A stretch of 64,000 nt of DNA, taken from the NCBI GenBank assembly GCA_028534125.1, contig CM052817.1, positions 83,578,001-83,642,000 of the forward strand, in the 5' to 3' direction. Position 1 is the stretch's first letter. Every line of letters starts with the position of its first letter. This document shows, in pieces, positions 14,381 to 28,587 of the stretch. Under the pieces are notes generated by a model. It saw nothing but the letters and a program-made list of their open reading frames with translations, was not told where the DNA came from and did no database searches. A program made the position numbers and the translations under genes. This DNA is from Lama glama. Taxonomy: Eukaryota.

Positions 14381-16019
14381 GTAAATGATTGATTTTTGAA
14401 CAGAAGATTATGTTGGTATTTAAGTCCAAAGTTGAAACAAACATTGAAAGATGTAGTTACTGCATTTCTCCTGACTGGAGTGGATATTCTTAACAGGTGG
14501 TAACTGCGTATAACAAATTAAAACACACATGCTGCTTACATTCTGCAAATTCACGTTTCCAAATATTTTAAAATATCATTATAACTGTATTTGAATGTTT
14601 TGCTCATGCTCTTTTCCTTCTTGCCAGTCTTATTACCTGTTATCTGTGTAGGAAATTTTAACTTAAAGTATACTCAACCTGTGTTTCACAGAGTAGAATA
14701 TATCATACTCCCTTAGTTAACATGCTTTGAAAACGTGGCTTAGTGTATTTTTCTATGCTACCGAGAGGAAAATCAATAATTTATTAATAAATTTTACTCT
14801 AAATAATTCCCCCCAAAAAGCAAATGGTAAGTTAGGAAGTAGAAGCAGTGAGGCTAGATTGTCATTCTTTAGAAGACTGCTGGTGAAAGTGGAAAGAGAA
14901 CGTTAGATTGAAGGGGTGGCCTAGTCTTAACTAAGATCCTGAGCAAATGAAAGGGTATTTTGTTTTAAAAATACTGGAAATTTAAGCAAGGTGAACTCTT
15001 CTTAGGTCATACATTTTTTTCATTGATGGAGAACGTTAAGATAGATACCAATCATTCGGGGCAGTTTAGATCTAAAATATTTAAATATCTGGGTTTTAGG
15101 AACTTATATCCAGTAGGTTTAATTAAAACTCTAATTCCTGCTTTCATCACTTTAATGAGCACAGAAAGTAACTATGGTTAGAAAAAGATCTATTGGGATT
15201 CTTTGGATACAACATCAAAACACAATCCATAAAAGAAAACAAGTTGACAAATAGAGACTATAAAATGATGCAGTTACTTTGGAAAACAGTTTGGCAGTTT
15301 CTTAATTACCTAAATATACACCTACCATATGATTCTACCTTTGTATTCCTATCTAATTTCCTAAGAGAAATGAAAGCTATGTCAATACAAAGACCTGTCC
15401 ACATGGTTTTACCTTTTCTGGAATGCCATATAAGTTGAATCATATGGGAGATAATTTTGGGGATCTGCCTTCTCTTTTTAATTAGGAAATTAAAATATTT
15501 ATTGTTATACAAATACTATTGAAAAATACAAAATAAAAATAAATCTGGCATTTTGCTTGACAACTCATACATCAAAGCCAGCTCTGTTCTCAGAATTAAC
15601 CCATTGTTATCTGTTGATGAATATTCTTGGTAACTTTGTGTTTATGATCATACATTGAAGTAATTTTGTCTGACAATGTTCAATGTAGATGACACTTTCA
15701 TACTAGTAAAAGTATAAACTGATGCAACCTTTCGGAAAAGCAATCTGGCAATATTCATTAAAAAGTTATACACTGATCTAGGAATTCAACCTCCAGAAAC
15801 TTACTAAGGAAAATATCAGAGATGAACACAAAATTTTTTTGATAAGAATGTTCTGTACAACATTATTTATATTCTGAAAAATTACTAGAAACAAATTAAA
15901 ATACCACATTATGGATGTTAAATAATACAGCCATTAAAAATTGTGTTTAGAAAACTGTCTATTGACATGGAAAAATGTTCAGGGTCATTTTATGTGGAAA
16001 AAGCAGAGTACAAAACTAT

Positions 16020-16745
16020 ACACATGAAACAGATTGCCCACACCTATAAGGATGGCTACCATTAAACAAACAGACAAAAAATAAGACAGAAAACACCAGG
16101 TGTTGGCAAGGATGTACAAAAATGGGAACTCCCTGTGCACTGTTGGTAGGAATGCGAAATAGCACAAGGCGGCCCCAAAAAATCACAACCAGAATGACCA
16201 CATGATCCAACAACTCCATATAGTCAAAAGCATTAAAAGCAGAATCTTGAAGACATATTTGCACACTCACATTCGTAGCAGCATCATTCACAACAGCCAA
16301 AAGGAGAAAGCATCCCCAACGTCCACCAACACAGGAATGAACAACAAAAAATCGTGGTTAAAACATAAAATGGGACATGACTCAGTCTCCAAAAGGAAGT
16401 AAATTCTGACATATGCCTCAATATGGATGAACCTGGAGACACTATAGCAAGTGAACCAAGCCTGTCACAAAAAGACAAAATAGTACACAATTCCACCTAT
16501 AGGAGATGCCTAAAGTAGTCAAATTCTTAAAGACAGAAAGTAGAAGAGTGGACACCAGGGGCTGGGGGTAGGGGAGAAGTGGAGCGTAATTTTTTAAAGG
16601 ATACTGAGTTTTGGTTTTGCAAGAGGAAAAGAGTTCTGGAGATTGGTTTTACAACAATGTGAATGTACTTAACACTACTGAGCTGTACACTTAAACATGA
16701 TTAAGATGGTAAATTTTATATTATGTGTATTTGACCACAGTTAAA
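16020..16745 (+). mobile_element. L1 (L1MB-like) ORF2 end plus 3' UTR
   Basis: tgttggcaaggatgt...cactgttggtaggaatg...aatgtacttaacactactgagctgtacacttaa...tgtgtatttgaccaca. Confidence 0.8.
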
Positions 16746-17427
16746 AATTTTAATTATTGTAATTTTTAAAAGCTTACCTATAATGAAGCAAATCAGAGAG
16801 CTTCCATGCCCTCCAGAAGCTTCCAATGAATTTATTAATTCCTCATTCTTATATATGGGCACAGTAAAGCATTACAAGGAATTTCTTTGACATAAAAGCA
16901 GTCAGAACGTGAAAAAGGATGGGCCTGACTTCTTTCACTTAGCATTTGAGATTTCTTCATGTAATCGTGTGTATCAGCAGTTCCATCCTTTTTGTTGTTG
17001 ACTAGTATTCCATTGTATGACGGTATCACAGTGTTCACCCATTCCCCAGTTGAGGGATATTTAGATTATTTCCAGTTTTCAATTTTCCTTAGGTTTCACT
17101 GTATTTTTTTTTATTATAAGATTAATGCATGCATATTGGGTAAGAATGCAAGCATGGTTATTAAAAACAAATGTCCTCCTTCCTCATCCATCTCCTCCAA
17201 TTCCATCCTGTTATATCAGCTCTTACAGTTTAGAACCTATTCTTCCAGACCCTTTTCTATACACTTACGTACTCCAATACAAAACAACACGTATGTATAC
17301 ATGTACATGTCTATCATTGGAGGTGCTATTTTTAACAAAACTTAGATGATAGTGAATATTTTGTTCTACAGTAGCATTCTTTGCTGAACAATATATTCTG
17401 AAACCTTTTGTGCTTGCTTATATATAT

Positions 17428-17539
17428 ATTCATTCATTCATTCATTCATTCATTTACTCTTAATGGAGGTATTGGGGATTGAACCCAGGACCTCATGCAT
17501 GCTAGGCATGCATTCTCCCATGAGCTATACCCTCCCCCC
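17428..17539 (-). mobile_element. tRNA-derived SINE (camelid Vic-1-like) with (TGAA)n tail
   Basis: - strand reads gggggagggtatagctcatgggagaatgcatgcctagcatgcatgaggtcctgggttcaatccccaatacctcc: Pol III A-box and B-box. Confidence 0.85.
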
Positions 17540-17681
17540 TTAACTAGATTTTTTAGATCATTTTTTACATTTATATATATATATATATATATATATACAC
17601 AAAATACATAGATATATAAAATATATAGATATATAGAGAGATCTATATATATATACATCTCCACTGTGTTCTTTCCCCTAG

Positions 17682-17744
17682 TCTGAGGATTACTATGACA
17701 TGAGGCGGCTGTATACAATTGTGGGGTCTTCTCTATTTTACAAG
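17682..17744 (+). CDS. INTU: INTU coding exon (probably exon 10)
   Basis: ttcccctag|TCTGAG...TACAAG|gtaagc; 63 bp, SEDYYDMRRLYTIVGSSLFYK. Confidence 0.95.
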
Positions 17745-17762
17745 GTAAGCTGAAGCTTGAAA

Positions 17763-17943
17763 ATTTTTTTCTTTCTTTAAAATTTTTTATTGAAGTGTAG
17801 CTGATTTACAATGCTAGCTTCAGGTGTACAGCAAAGTGATTCAGTTATACGTGTACATACATAGATATTTTATTTCCAGATTCTTTTCCATTATATGCTA
17901 TTATAAGAAATTGAATATAGTTCCCTGTGCTATATAGTAGGTC
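17763..17943 (-). mobile_element. 5'-truncated L1 3' end with target-site duplication
   Basis: TSD ctgaagcttgaaa at 17750-17762 and 17944-17956; attgaatatagttccctgtgctata L1 3' UTR motif. Confidence 0.8.
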
Positions 17944-18760
17944 CTGAAGCTTGAAATTTTTATAAATGTCCAACTGCTATATGAACAGACCTAAATTAAA
18001 TTTTCTCAAACTCTTACAAATATGAAAAATAAATTTATCTTTTTCTCTTAATGTAGTTACCATAAGGTTTAGACTTGAAAACAAGACTTGTACCTACATA
18101 TTTACAAATACAATAAATATTTCTGGTTTCATTATATCTTAAGACATTTACAAATGTGTAAAAGAGAAACAATACTCAAAGAACAAAGTGTTTATGAGAG
18201 AAAAGTAATACTGTGATGATTTAGTTTTGCAGTCGTTTGTCTCTTTTCTTATCTTCAGAAAGTAACCATATATCTTTTTAGAAAATATTCTAACATCAAT
18301 TAGTTGACTTCCGGGTAAAAGCAAATTAAGTGTCAAGTGAATTTAAGTATTTTAATTTTTTAAAAGGTTGTTAAACACAGTATAAAACATATCTAAAAAA
18401 GAATCAGACAATACAGAACTGTATGTAGTGAAAAGTATACTTCCCACCTCCTTTCCTGCTTCTCCACCTTTCATCTTCAGAAGGTCAGTTCTTTCCTAAT
18501 TTTGCCATATTCTCAGGCTAATATTACTCACAGGTGATCTTGCTTTATGCTAAAGTCCACCTGTTATAGACTTAAGTTATCATGAATATTTGATCTCTAG
18601 TTAAAAATACGTTTATTTTTTCTATGTCTTCACTTATTCCATTTGAAACTGGAATATTTTAAGCCAACTGAAGAAGCACCTATAAAACTCTCAGAAATGT
18701 ATTATGGGATGACTGCTTTATATCACTAGTTGACTTTTATTCTCTGTGGTTAAATTCAAG

Positions 18761-18982
18761 GGTTACTTGATATGCAGTCATTTGCCTAAGGATGATCTTA
18801 TTGATATTGCTGTATACTGTCGCCACCACTGCCTGCTGCCTTTAGCAGCAAAACAGAGAATCGGTCAGTTGGTAATATGGAGAGAAGTGTTTCCCCTCTA
18901 TCACCTCCAACCTTCTTCAGCCTCAAACACTGAAGTCTTTCAGGAACCTGAAGGGAGATATTTTTTGCTAATTGTTGGCTTG
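18761..18982 (+). CDS. INTU: INTU coding exon (probably exon 11)
   Basis: ttcaag|GGTTAC...GGCTTG|gtaagt; 222 bp, [23 protein letters not shown]...YFLLIVGL. Confidence 0.95.
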
Positions 18983-19605
18983 GTAAGTTTACCTTAGTTT
19001 CTTTCTTGGGTTTGTTTTTCGTTTGCTTGTTTTCATCATTTACTGCCTAAATAAATACACAAACAGAAATGATAATTTAAAATTATGAGTATGTCAAATA
19101 CTAGTATTCCAGAAAGTGTTACATGCCCTTCTTTCTTTTTTTTTTTTGCATCCATTTAATACTCATAGAGAAATATTAATGAAACCCAAGATAAGATTTT
19201 TAGCAGGTTATTATGATCTTTTGTTCCCATTTCTATAAAATTAGAACTTTTATACTCTGGTTTGTTTTGGGAAATAGAGACATGAAAAGAATATAGAATC
19301 AGAAACAACAAATATGTGATTGTGAATGAAGGGACTATCAATGATTGAGGCTCTTTGAAAGCTACCTTAGGGAATTCTATGTGTCAAAAGTAGCAGCTGA
19401 TGGTGTATCGGGATAAGGCAAAGTGAGATTAGATGTCAAGGGTGATCAAAAGCATTGCAATAACTAAGAAGGGGGGTAGTTTTTAATAAGCATCACGTGG
19501 TTATGCCATATGCTCATGTCTTTAGAATCCATAAATTTATACATGCATGTTACATACAAACTTTTTAATGTGGCTAAATCTATATTATTAATTGTTTTTG
19601 TATAG

Positions 19606-20085
19606 AGACATTACATGTTATGTGTACTATTGGAAGCTGGAGGCTGTGCGTCCAAAGCTATTGGGAATCCTGGACCAGACTGTATATACGTGGATCAGGT
19701 CAAAACAACTCTTCACCAGTTGGAAGGGGTAGATTCCCGCATAAATGAACGGCTAGCCTTTTCTCCAGGCCCCTGTTTGTCTTGTGCTGATTGGTTCCTT
19801 GCTGGATCACATGAAAAATTAGATAATTTGACAACTTCACCCATCCTCAATAGGCTGCAAGGCACCTCCAAAGTAGCAACCTCTCCAACGTGCAGAAGAA
19901 CTCTTTTTGGTGACTTTTCCTTAAAGACACGTAAGCCCAGTCCTTCCCGAAGTGGAGGATCTGACAATGGTTGTGAAGGTGGAGAAGGTGCTGGCTTGAG
20001 CCCCCACACTACACTGGACACAGTCCAGAAGCAAAGAGAATCTCAGGGATCTGATGGTTCAGAAGAAAGTGGGGCCTTGCTTAAG
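19606..20085 (+). CDS. INTU: INTU coding exon (probably exon 12)
   Basis: tgtatag|AGACATTACATG...CTTAAG|gtgtgt; 480 bp, [20 protein letters not shown]...ESGALLK. Confidence 0.95.
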
Positions 20086-21425
20086 GTGTGTGTTCCTTCA
20101 AGTGTGTACATTCTGGGAGCTAAGCTGTCTCTCCAGTCCTTATTTTGTAATTACAGAATAATTTTTAATAGCAGATCATTCTTCATTTAAACTATTTTAG
20201 TTACTATTGACAAACTGATGATTTAGGATCAAAAAGAGAAAGAAATACCAAGTGATAAAACATTAGCTAGAATGCGCTTAACAGCGCATATACTTGACAG
20301 TAATTACAAGTAGGGAAACTCTAATCTTGCTTTCTGTGTTCATCTCTTTTTTCTCTATTCACAGTGATAACAAAGAACATCCTATTTCTGGGGCATTTGG
20401 GGACTGATCTGACTAAATAGCAAAGAAAATGTTCAGCAGAAACAAAAATAAAATCAAGAACTTAAAATAAGTTATATCTATACATATATGAATATTTGTC
20501 CTATTTTTCCCATAGATGAGTATTTTTTTATCTGCAACTGTGAAAGTCTGCTCTCCATACTCAAGAATCCAACATGTGACAAATAAAACAAAGAAAATTT
20601 TCTTTTTTTAGATTATTGTTTTTCCATGTTTTTTTCCCATGAAAATACCATAACATATCCAAATGACTATTAGAGTAATCACCCTAGTAGACTTCGTACT
20701 TATTCTAGTGATGCTGCTCTTTCAAAACATTTTTGAAACTTAATTTGGGTGAATGACGGTGATGCCAGACAAAGTGTGAAGGATTCTGAGAAGGGGTACA
20801 AATAAAATAGGAGATTCTAAGTATTGTGGCATAGATGACCATAGATTTGGTCTCCTAATTCCAAAAAATAGAGCACTCTTGGAGCCCTAAGTGGGTGTAT
20901 TTAGGAAGTATTCACATTGGTGGTACTCATAATCCCAGTCTATGAAATTGATAGGAAATATAGTCTAAGAGGATGTGGATAGACTTAAGGAGCTCTTAAA
21001 AGAAACTGTATTAGTCTCTAAGATCTAGCCATTCAATAAATATTGATTGAACACCTACTGTGTACCAAGGGCCATGCTACACAAAGGAGATAAAAAGATG
21101 AATAAGATATAGCTCTTGCCTTTGAGAGGTGCAGTCTAGAGAAGGAGACAAGTATGCATACATATAAATTCTAACAAAACTTGGTAATGGCTTCATTATG
21201 GTGCTGGTAGGAGTTTACAGGGAGAACTGTCATGTCCTCCCATGACATGGCCCTGGGGTCACTTCTAGCAGAGGATAAGCCAAGAGGTACAAGTTAGCAT
21301 TGAAAATATTTAAAGGAAACATTGCAAATAGTAAGTAGTTCTCTCAGAAGGATTTTTAGTTTTTACATTACTTCTGCTGATTCCATTCTTAGATAAAAAC
21401 TGATTTACTTAATGATACTTTTCAG

Positions 21426-21523
21426 ATCACTAAAAAGAAGTCTACCCTTCCAAATCCATTTCATTTGGGGAACTTGAAAAAGGACCTTTCAGAAAAAGAA
21501 CTGGAAATATATAACACAATGAA
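21426..21523 (+). CDS. INTU: INTU coding exon (probably exon 13)
   Basis: ttttcag|ATCACT...ATGAA|gtaaga; 98 bp, phase 0/2, [32 protein letters not shown]. Confidence 0.95.
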
Positions 21524-22469
21524 GTAAGAAACTTCCCTATATTTTAATTTTTCATTTAGCTTTGTGTCTTCAAGGAAATTTTACAGTGAAAAAGTATGAT
21601 TCCATACCAAATTGAAATTTTATTCAACAAGTGTAATTATGGTATCTCTTATATATGAAAGGTAATTGCTATGCTGTTTTTCTGTTTTTCATTACACATA
21701 TAGGAAACATACTCCGTAAGAAATAAGAAACATACAAAGTAATACTTCAAAATGTGAAAGTCCCCATTTATCTTTCTTCCATAGGTGACTTCCCTTTTGT
21801 AAGTCTAGTTTTTAACTTAGTTTGCTATTTTAGACTCCAGTGGATGCTGTGGTTGCTGCAATACTCCTTAGCCCCAGGTACTCATTCACAGTGCTTGAGA
21901 GTGATGGCTGCTAATGGCTCATAGCTGAGTCCCTCCCTTGGCCTTGTCCTACTTGAAAGTTAATTGACTCAATCAAGGTTACAACCTCTCCCTGGGAGTA
22001 GTGCATACCTAATGACTAATAGTAAAAGTGTGATATAAACCAGTGTGGTATTAGGTATTATCCTAATCTGTAAGTACATATTTTTATAAAATAAAAGTAT
22101 GTAATATACTAAAAACAATAATATACAGAAAACATTTCATTCAGTAACCAAGTCCTATCCATTCTGTATTCTGATAATTCTTGAAACCATTCAGCCCCTA
22201 ATGATCCTACCCTAGTTCAGGCTCCCGTTCTCTCACCTGGTTGTATTGCAACTGGCTGCCAACTTCCAGCCTACCCTGAATCCATTCTCTGCTGTAGGAG
22301 TGACCTTTCTGAAGAACAAATCTGATTTAATCTGCTTAAAAAACAAAACCAAACAAGTATTTGTCTTCCCATTGGGTATTGCTTGTCTGATGATTTTTAT
22401 ACTTTCAGTTTATATACTGAGTAAGTTAATATACATGGTGTGAATTTATGGTTTTCAAGTACCAGACCT

Positions 22470-22863
22470 AAGCCAGAAAGAGAAAGAAAAATACCATATG
22501 GTATCATGCATATGCAGAATCTAAAAAAAAGAAAAAAAGAGGACACTAATGAACTCATCTACAAAACAGAAACAGATTTGCAGACATAGTAAACTATCTT
22601 ATGGTTACTAGGGGAAAGGAGGTGGGAAGGGATAAATTTGGGAGTTTGAGATTTGCAAATGTTAGCCACTATATATAAAAATAGATTTTAAACAGATTTC
22701 TTCTATATAGCACAGGGAACTATATTCAATACCTTGTTATAATCTTTAATGAAAAAGTATATGAAAACGAATATATGTATGTATATGCATGACTGGGACA
22801 TTGTGCTGTAAGTCAGAAATTGACATATTGTAACAGATTGTATTTCAATTAAAAAAAAAAAAA
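22470..22863 (+). mobile_element. Lineage-specific 5'-truncated L1 with poly-A tail and TSD
   Basis: TSD caagtaccagacct 22456-22469 / caagaaccagacct 22864-22877; closely similar to 47480-47870. Confidence 0.9.
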
Positions 22864-24432
22864 CAAGAACCAGACCTGCTCATTGTGTTTTGGGGTTGTT
22901 TTGAGAGAAAATTAAAGAGGTTAACACAAATGTTATTCTAAACTTCCCTAAACAGGAATCTTATTAATAGTTCTTTTTTAAAAAATCATTTCTGTTCTGT
23001 ACCTTTTCTTGAATTTGAAAACCTCGAGTTTAAAATGTATGTTTTAAATTATTTTCTTTTTTGAATAATTATAATTTTTTCATCTTGAGTATTTTTTACT
23101 TGATTGAAAAAACATCAGGCACTAGTTGTTAATGAGCCAGCCATCCTATGGAAAAGTCTGAGAAAAATTTGTAGATGATCTCCTTCTCTGCCTATTCCTT
23201 GTCTCTAAAGAGAACTAAGACTTAGAAGTCAGTGATAAGAAGTTATTCTGATCTTGCTGCCTAATTAGTTTAAAAGCATTTTGACTAGCATGGATAATCG
23301 AAGTGGTATTTAGGCTAAGAGCTGAAATAGGCCTTTGCTTTGCCTCTGTGCTGTGGCTGGAAAAAAAAAATCAACTGAATGAATTTTTTTAATAGACATT
23401 AGAATGAGAATGGGACAGCTTGAGTGCTTGAGATGTGGATGGGGAATTGCTCTTCAGGTATTTGAAGACTGCCAATCAGGAAAGAGCAAGGGGTAGCCGA
23501 ATAGGCTTCAGAGTAACCTAAGCTCTGATACTTAGCTAGGTGACCTCAGACAAGGTAATTTAAGTCCTCTGAAAATTGATACCCTCATGGTTAAAATGAG
23601 GACAGTAACATTTAATATCTTACAGGATCATTATAAGAATTAAAACTAAGGTAATTTAAAGCACCTACGTTGGCACATAGAGGGCATTCGGTATATGATA
23701 GCTACTATTTCATTGTTGCTATCATTGCTGTCCTCTAGCTTTTCTTACTACTGGTGGAAATAAGCAGTATTTGTAGGTTCTGCTGGCCCATCGGAGATCC
23801 CAATAAGGGAAGAAAGGATGGAGAAAAAGAATGGAGAAGTGAGAATAGTAAGAGAACACAGAATACAATGATAAGAAATAGTAGAATGCTACTAGTCATT
23901 GCCATGGTAATCTAGACTACTAACCCAGCTTTGCAGTTGGTAATAATAATTTTATTTTTCTTTAGGATGATCATTTTGACAGTTATGGTAAAAGTCTTAA
24001 ATGCTACTAACTAAAATGTTTAGTTTGTTTGAAGGTGTTTTTATATGTGGTCCACCCTAGACTGATACCGTGTTTATGGCTTGTAGATATCTGGGTCAGA
24101 CATGGGCTAAGCTATTCATTACCAACCATGGAAAAATAGAGGTTTAGCCAGTTTGGGTTGTTTAGCAAAGGGACGATTAAGTTACTTGCAAATGAATTGG
24201 TGTTTGTTTATCCTTGCATAACATGCTTCAATTAAGGGAATTGATAATAACCCTAGCCTGTATTTCAGATAAGAAGGAAGAAGGAATTAAATGTTTGGCC
24301 TAGTTTCCCTTCCCTAATTATACTCCTAATATTGTAGTTTAAAACTTTTTAGAAGTCCACAAAATTCAAAATGAAGAAACTTTTTTAAGTTTACTTAAAT
24401 ATCTTTTTCTTTTTTTGTTTTTTCTTTCCAAG

Positions 24433-24622
24433 ATTGACATCTGGTCCTGAGAACACACTTTTCCACTATGTTGCCTTAGAAACAGTGCAAGGGATCTTTA
24501 TTACTCCTACCCATGAAGAAGTGGCACAGTTGGGTGGCTCTATCCACCCTCAGCTAATGAAGAATTTCCATCAGTGTTGTCTCACCATTCGTGCAATTTT
24601 CCAACAGACGTTGGTTGAAGAG
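24433..24622 (+). CDS. INTU: INTU coding exon (probably exon 14)
   Basis: ttccaag|ATTGACA...GAAGAG|gtaggg; 190 bp, phase 2/0, [25 protein letters not shown]...QQTLVEE. Confidence 0.95.
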
Positions 24623-25599
24623 GTAGGGCACTCCCTAAATATTCTGTCTAAACTCTTTAATCAGTATGTCCCCCAATCACTGTTTTCATTTAATTTTTTT
24701 TTACCAGTCACCCAGTCTAACTTGAATGATAAGATTATACTCATAGTACTTAACTTCAAAGCTTTATTTCATAATTCTGAATTTGATGTCCCAGATTACT
24801 ATTTCAGGAAATGGTTGACCTGTGTTTTTCCATAGCAAATTTGAATATAGTTGTTTGTAATGTAAATGTGCCTCCCATATTTGATATCTGTAACTCAACT
24901 ATTACTTGGAAAGTTGTCACTACCTGTGGGTGACTGATAATTCTTTAAGTATTCAACCAGCAGTACAAGGTATTTTGGAACATAATTGGACACGTACAGC
25001 AGTAGACACAGAACTGTAGTATAATGTTGGTTGGTTGCTTGCTTGCTTCTCGATCCAGGACAAAGTTTCATTTAATATTGTACCTTCTAGATAAGCTGTA
25101 ATGTTGTATACAATTAAAATAGCAATTGTTTTAATAGCATGGAAAGTGAATGTTGATTTCTTGAAAAGGATAAACATACAGAAGTCTATTTGTGACTGGT
25201 GAAACATCATACAGCCCCCCTCCCAAAAAATACTCCCTGAAGATGACTGTAATGTATCTAGCAATACATGTGCTAAGGATGCTAAATTTGTGAAGAACTT
25301 AGATTCAAAGGTGGAAGAACACTGGGTTGGGAATAAGGAATCCCAGACTGAGCCTCAACTCTTCCTCCTTCACCAGCTATAAAGTGAATGAGCTGAATTA
25401 TATCATCTCTTAGGACTCATTCAGCAGTAAAATTCTGTGTCCTCCTTCGAGCTATCAGAAATTGGTATTCAGCAAAATGTGGTTTGGCCACATATCCTTA
25501 CGTGCTTTGTGTTCTGAGGCTCCTCCGTTCCATTTTAACATACTGAAAGATTCTATAAGGTGCATTTCACTAACTTATTCAGTAGTATTTAGTAATATA

Positions 25600-26350
25600 A
25601 ATTAGCCTTCCCCATATTGTTTAAATATTGAGGTACATACTATGCACTAAATACTATTTTAGATGCTGGGATATAGCAGTGAACAGATCTCTCTCCTCAT
25701 GAAGCCGATATTCTAATAGGGGAGGCTACTGAATAGCAAGGAGTGTAATATATCAGGTAGGTTAAGTTTCAAGAGGAATGATAAAATGGGAAGGATGAGA
25801 GGTGGAAGTTATTATTTTGAAAGATCCCTCTGATTGTATCAAGTAATATTTGAACAGAGAACTGAATGAAGTGAGGGACCGAGCCATGTGGCAAATCCAC
25901 AGGCAGAGTTTCCAGACATAACAAATAGCAAGTACAAAGCCACAGAGGGAGGAGTGGCAGCAAGAGCACCGGAGCAGACTGGGTGGGGAGGAGAGTGCTA
26001 GGAGTTGAGACCGTAAAAGTAGCAGGGCCAGACCATGCGTAAGGACATGCTTAAGGACTGTGGCCCTTATTCTGAAGAGGATAGGAGGTTCTCAGAGCAC
26101 AGCAGGGACATACATCATCCTTAGTTTTGAAAGGATCACTTAGGCTACTGTGGAAGAGAACAGGTTCGCAGGGTAACAAGGGTGGAGGCAGGGACCAGTT
26201 AGGAGCTATATAAATTCTCAAAGCAAGAAATGACAGTGGATTCTGGATTCTGGATATATTTTGAAGGATGAGCCAAAAGGGTTTGCTGATGACTTAGATG
26301 AAGATCTTGAGAGAAAGAGAAGACTGGAGGATCACGCCACTGGCCTGAGT
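25600..26350 (-). mobile_element. L2 fragment
   Basis: tattgaggtacatactatgcactaaatactattttagatgctgggatatagcagtgaaca... L2 3' end followed by purine-rich body. Confidence 0.65.
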
Positions 26351-26907
26351 CTTACAGAAAGTCTTTATATTCCAAATGAGTCACTGGTTTGTTAATGATT
26401 TAATCAGTGGGAAACTGAGAATGCTTCAGAGGAAGAGACAATACAGCTTTAAGTATAGGTGTTTTTAAGTTTATTACATTTCATCTATTCATTTAGTAAC
26501 TGATTATTCATTCATTCATTAAGCACCTACTAAGTACAAAGCACTGCTGTTTTCAAAAAATACAAAGATGAATAGCATATTGTCTCTGACTTGGAAAAAA
26601 ATTATTATAATGTCCTGGGGAAGATAAACCTATAAATTACTAATATATTATAAATATTAATAATGTAGGGCTGTGAAATAAATGTTACCTTGGAGAGTCA
26701 AGAGACACTTTATCCATGAAGTCTCTTTTAGGAGATGATACTTAAAGCAAGTACAAGGAAGAGTAGAAATTTTCCTGCAGATAAGAAGAAGAATCATTGC
26801 AGGCACTTAAAAGTATTAGGATCAACAATTCAAATCTATATATGAAAACATTTTAAAGTCAACATTATTAATACCAGTTAATACTAATAATATCTATTAA
26901 ATTACAG

Positions 26908-27065
26908 AAAAAGAAAGCACTAAATGGTGGAGATCATTCAGGTTCTACAAATTCAGTGTCTTCTCTTAAGCCTGTGAAAGAACATGGTGTGTTGTTTGAA
27001 TGCTCACCTGAAAACTGGACTGATCAGAGAAAAGCACCACCAGTTATGGCTTACTGGGTAGTAGG
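26908..27065 (+). CDS. INTU: INTU coding exon (probably exon 15)
   Basis: ttacag|AAAAAG...GTAGG|gtaagt; 158 bp, [10 protein letters not shown]...[29 protein letters not shown]. Confidence 0.95.
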
Positions 27066-28405
27066 GTAAGTAGAAAAAAGTATTTAAAAGTTTTAGAAAA
27101 GTGTTAAAGAGGATAAGGATTTTAAGTTGTAGGCATGGAATTATTAGCCTGACTATAATATTTTAATGTATTTTAGAATTTTATTTTATTTACTAAGTTA
27201 TCTCCTTTAAATTCTTCCCAAGTCTTTTTCTATCTAAAAAAAAAACCCACAAAACTTATTTGGTTATCTTACAAAATTGTATTTGTAATACACTGACAGG
27301 AAATGAAATGATTATACACTTTTATGGCTATTTCCTTCCCTCTCTCATTTCCTCCCCACTTCCATTCCCCTCTCCTCTTCCACCCCGCAACCAACTACAA
27401 GACCCTGCCCTACCTGGCCCCTTCCCATCTCTGTTTCTACCCACTGTCACTCTCCCCCTTATCCACTGTGCCTTGCCACATTGGCACCAGTCAAATCCTG
27501 TTCCTGCCATTCCTTCTGTGTAAGATGTTCTACTTCTTAACCTTTGCATATCTGGCTCCTTGATATTCAGACCAGTGCTAACATGTCATCTCTTGTCAAA
27601 CAGACAATCCATAATCCATTTGTTTATGGTCTTTCTCCCCTTCACTATAATTTCAGCTTTGGGAAGTCAGGAATTTAATGTCTCGTCCACCACTGGCACC
27701 TGCAACAGCACCTGGCACAGTCACTTGATAAACATGTTAGGATTTAAATGGAGCTGTGCTTGGCAAAACGTGGTGGTGGGTAGTGAATTGGCAAATGCAA
27801 AGATAAAGACACAGTCATTGCATCTAATGGTCTTACATCTAGCAGAAGAAATACAAAACATGCTAAAATATCTATTTATGGATATATAATCTGTGGGGAG
27901 ATAGAGAGAAAGAGATACACAGAAAGCAAGCTTGCTATACATAATAAATTAGGCAATTCAACCAAATGCTCTGGGAATTTTGAGGAGAGGGGTGGAATCT
28001 AAGCTGGTATTACAAAGAAAGGCTTAGGGATTCCATTTGATCTGGTTTAGAAAATGAATTAGATTTGGATAGAGCATTCTGGGAAAAGGACGGGATGAGT
28101 AAAGATCCAAACAAAGGAAATCATAAGGCATGGCAGTGAATACACTGGTTTGCAGGACGATAGAGGAATGGCATATACAATGATGAAGTGAAAGATCAAG
28201 CTAAAAAGCTAAGTTAAGACCATTGCAGACAGCCTTCAACTCCTAACTAAGGAATTGAATTCTGAGGGAAATATTGAGCCACTGAAGGTTGAGATGGGAT
28301 AGAGAATTGGTGGAAGGAGCGCAGAGTTAGGTGGGGCTAATGTTATTGGACACCCACCATGTACTGCTAAATTGCATGACAAACACTTTACAAATGACAT
28401 CCAAA

Positions 28406-28587
28406 GTAGTAATTCCCATGTGCTGGTCCATGGAATTTAGAATCACCCAAGTCACTTATTAAAATCAGAGATGCCTGCACCTCACCTGAGACCTCCTGAA
28501 CCAGAATTTACGAGAGTGGGACTCCGTGTTTTTAGTAAGCCTCCTTGTGATTCTGATGTGTAACCAACCAAGCTTGGGAGCATCAGC
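28406..28587. mobile_element. MER5-type hAT MITE relic
   Basis: agaatcaccc...ccagaat...ttagtaagcctccttgtgattctgatg motif. Confidence 0.55.

Noticed and set aside
17461..17539. tRNA gene
   Set aside because: Has A/B boxes but also a simple-repeat tail and a second degenerate copy near 7000; it is a tRNA-derived SINE
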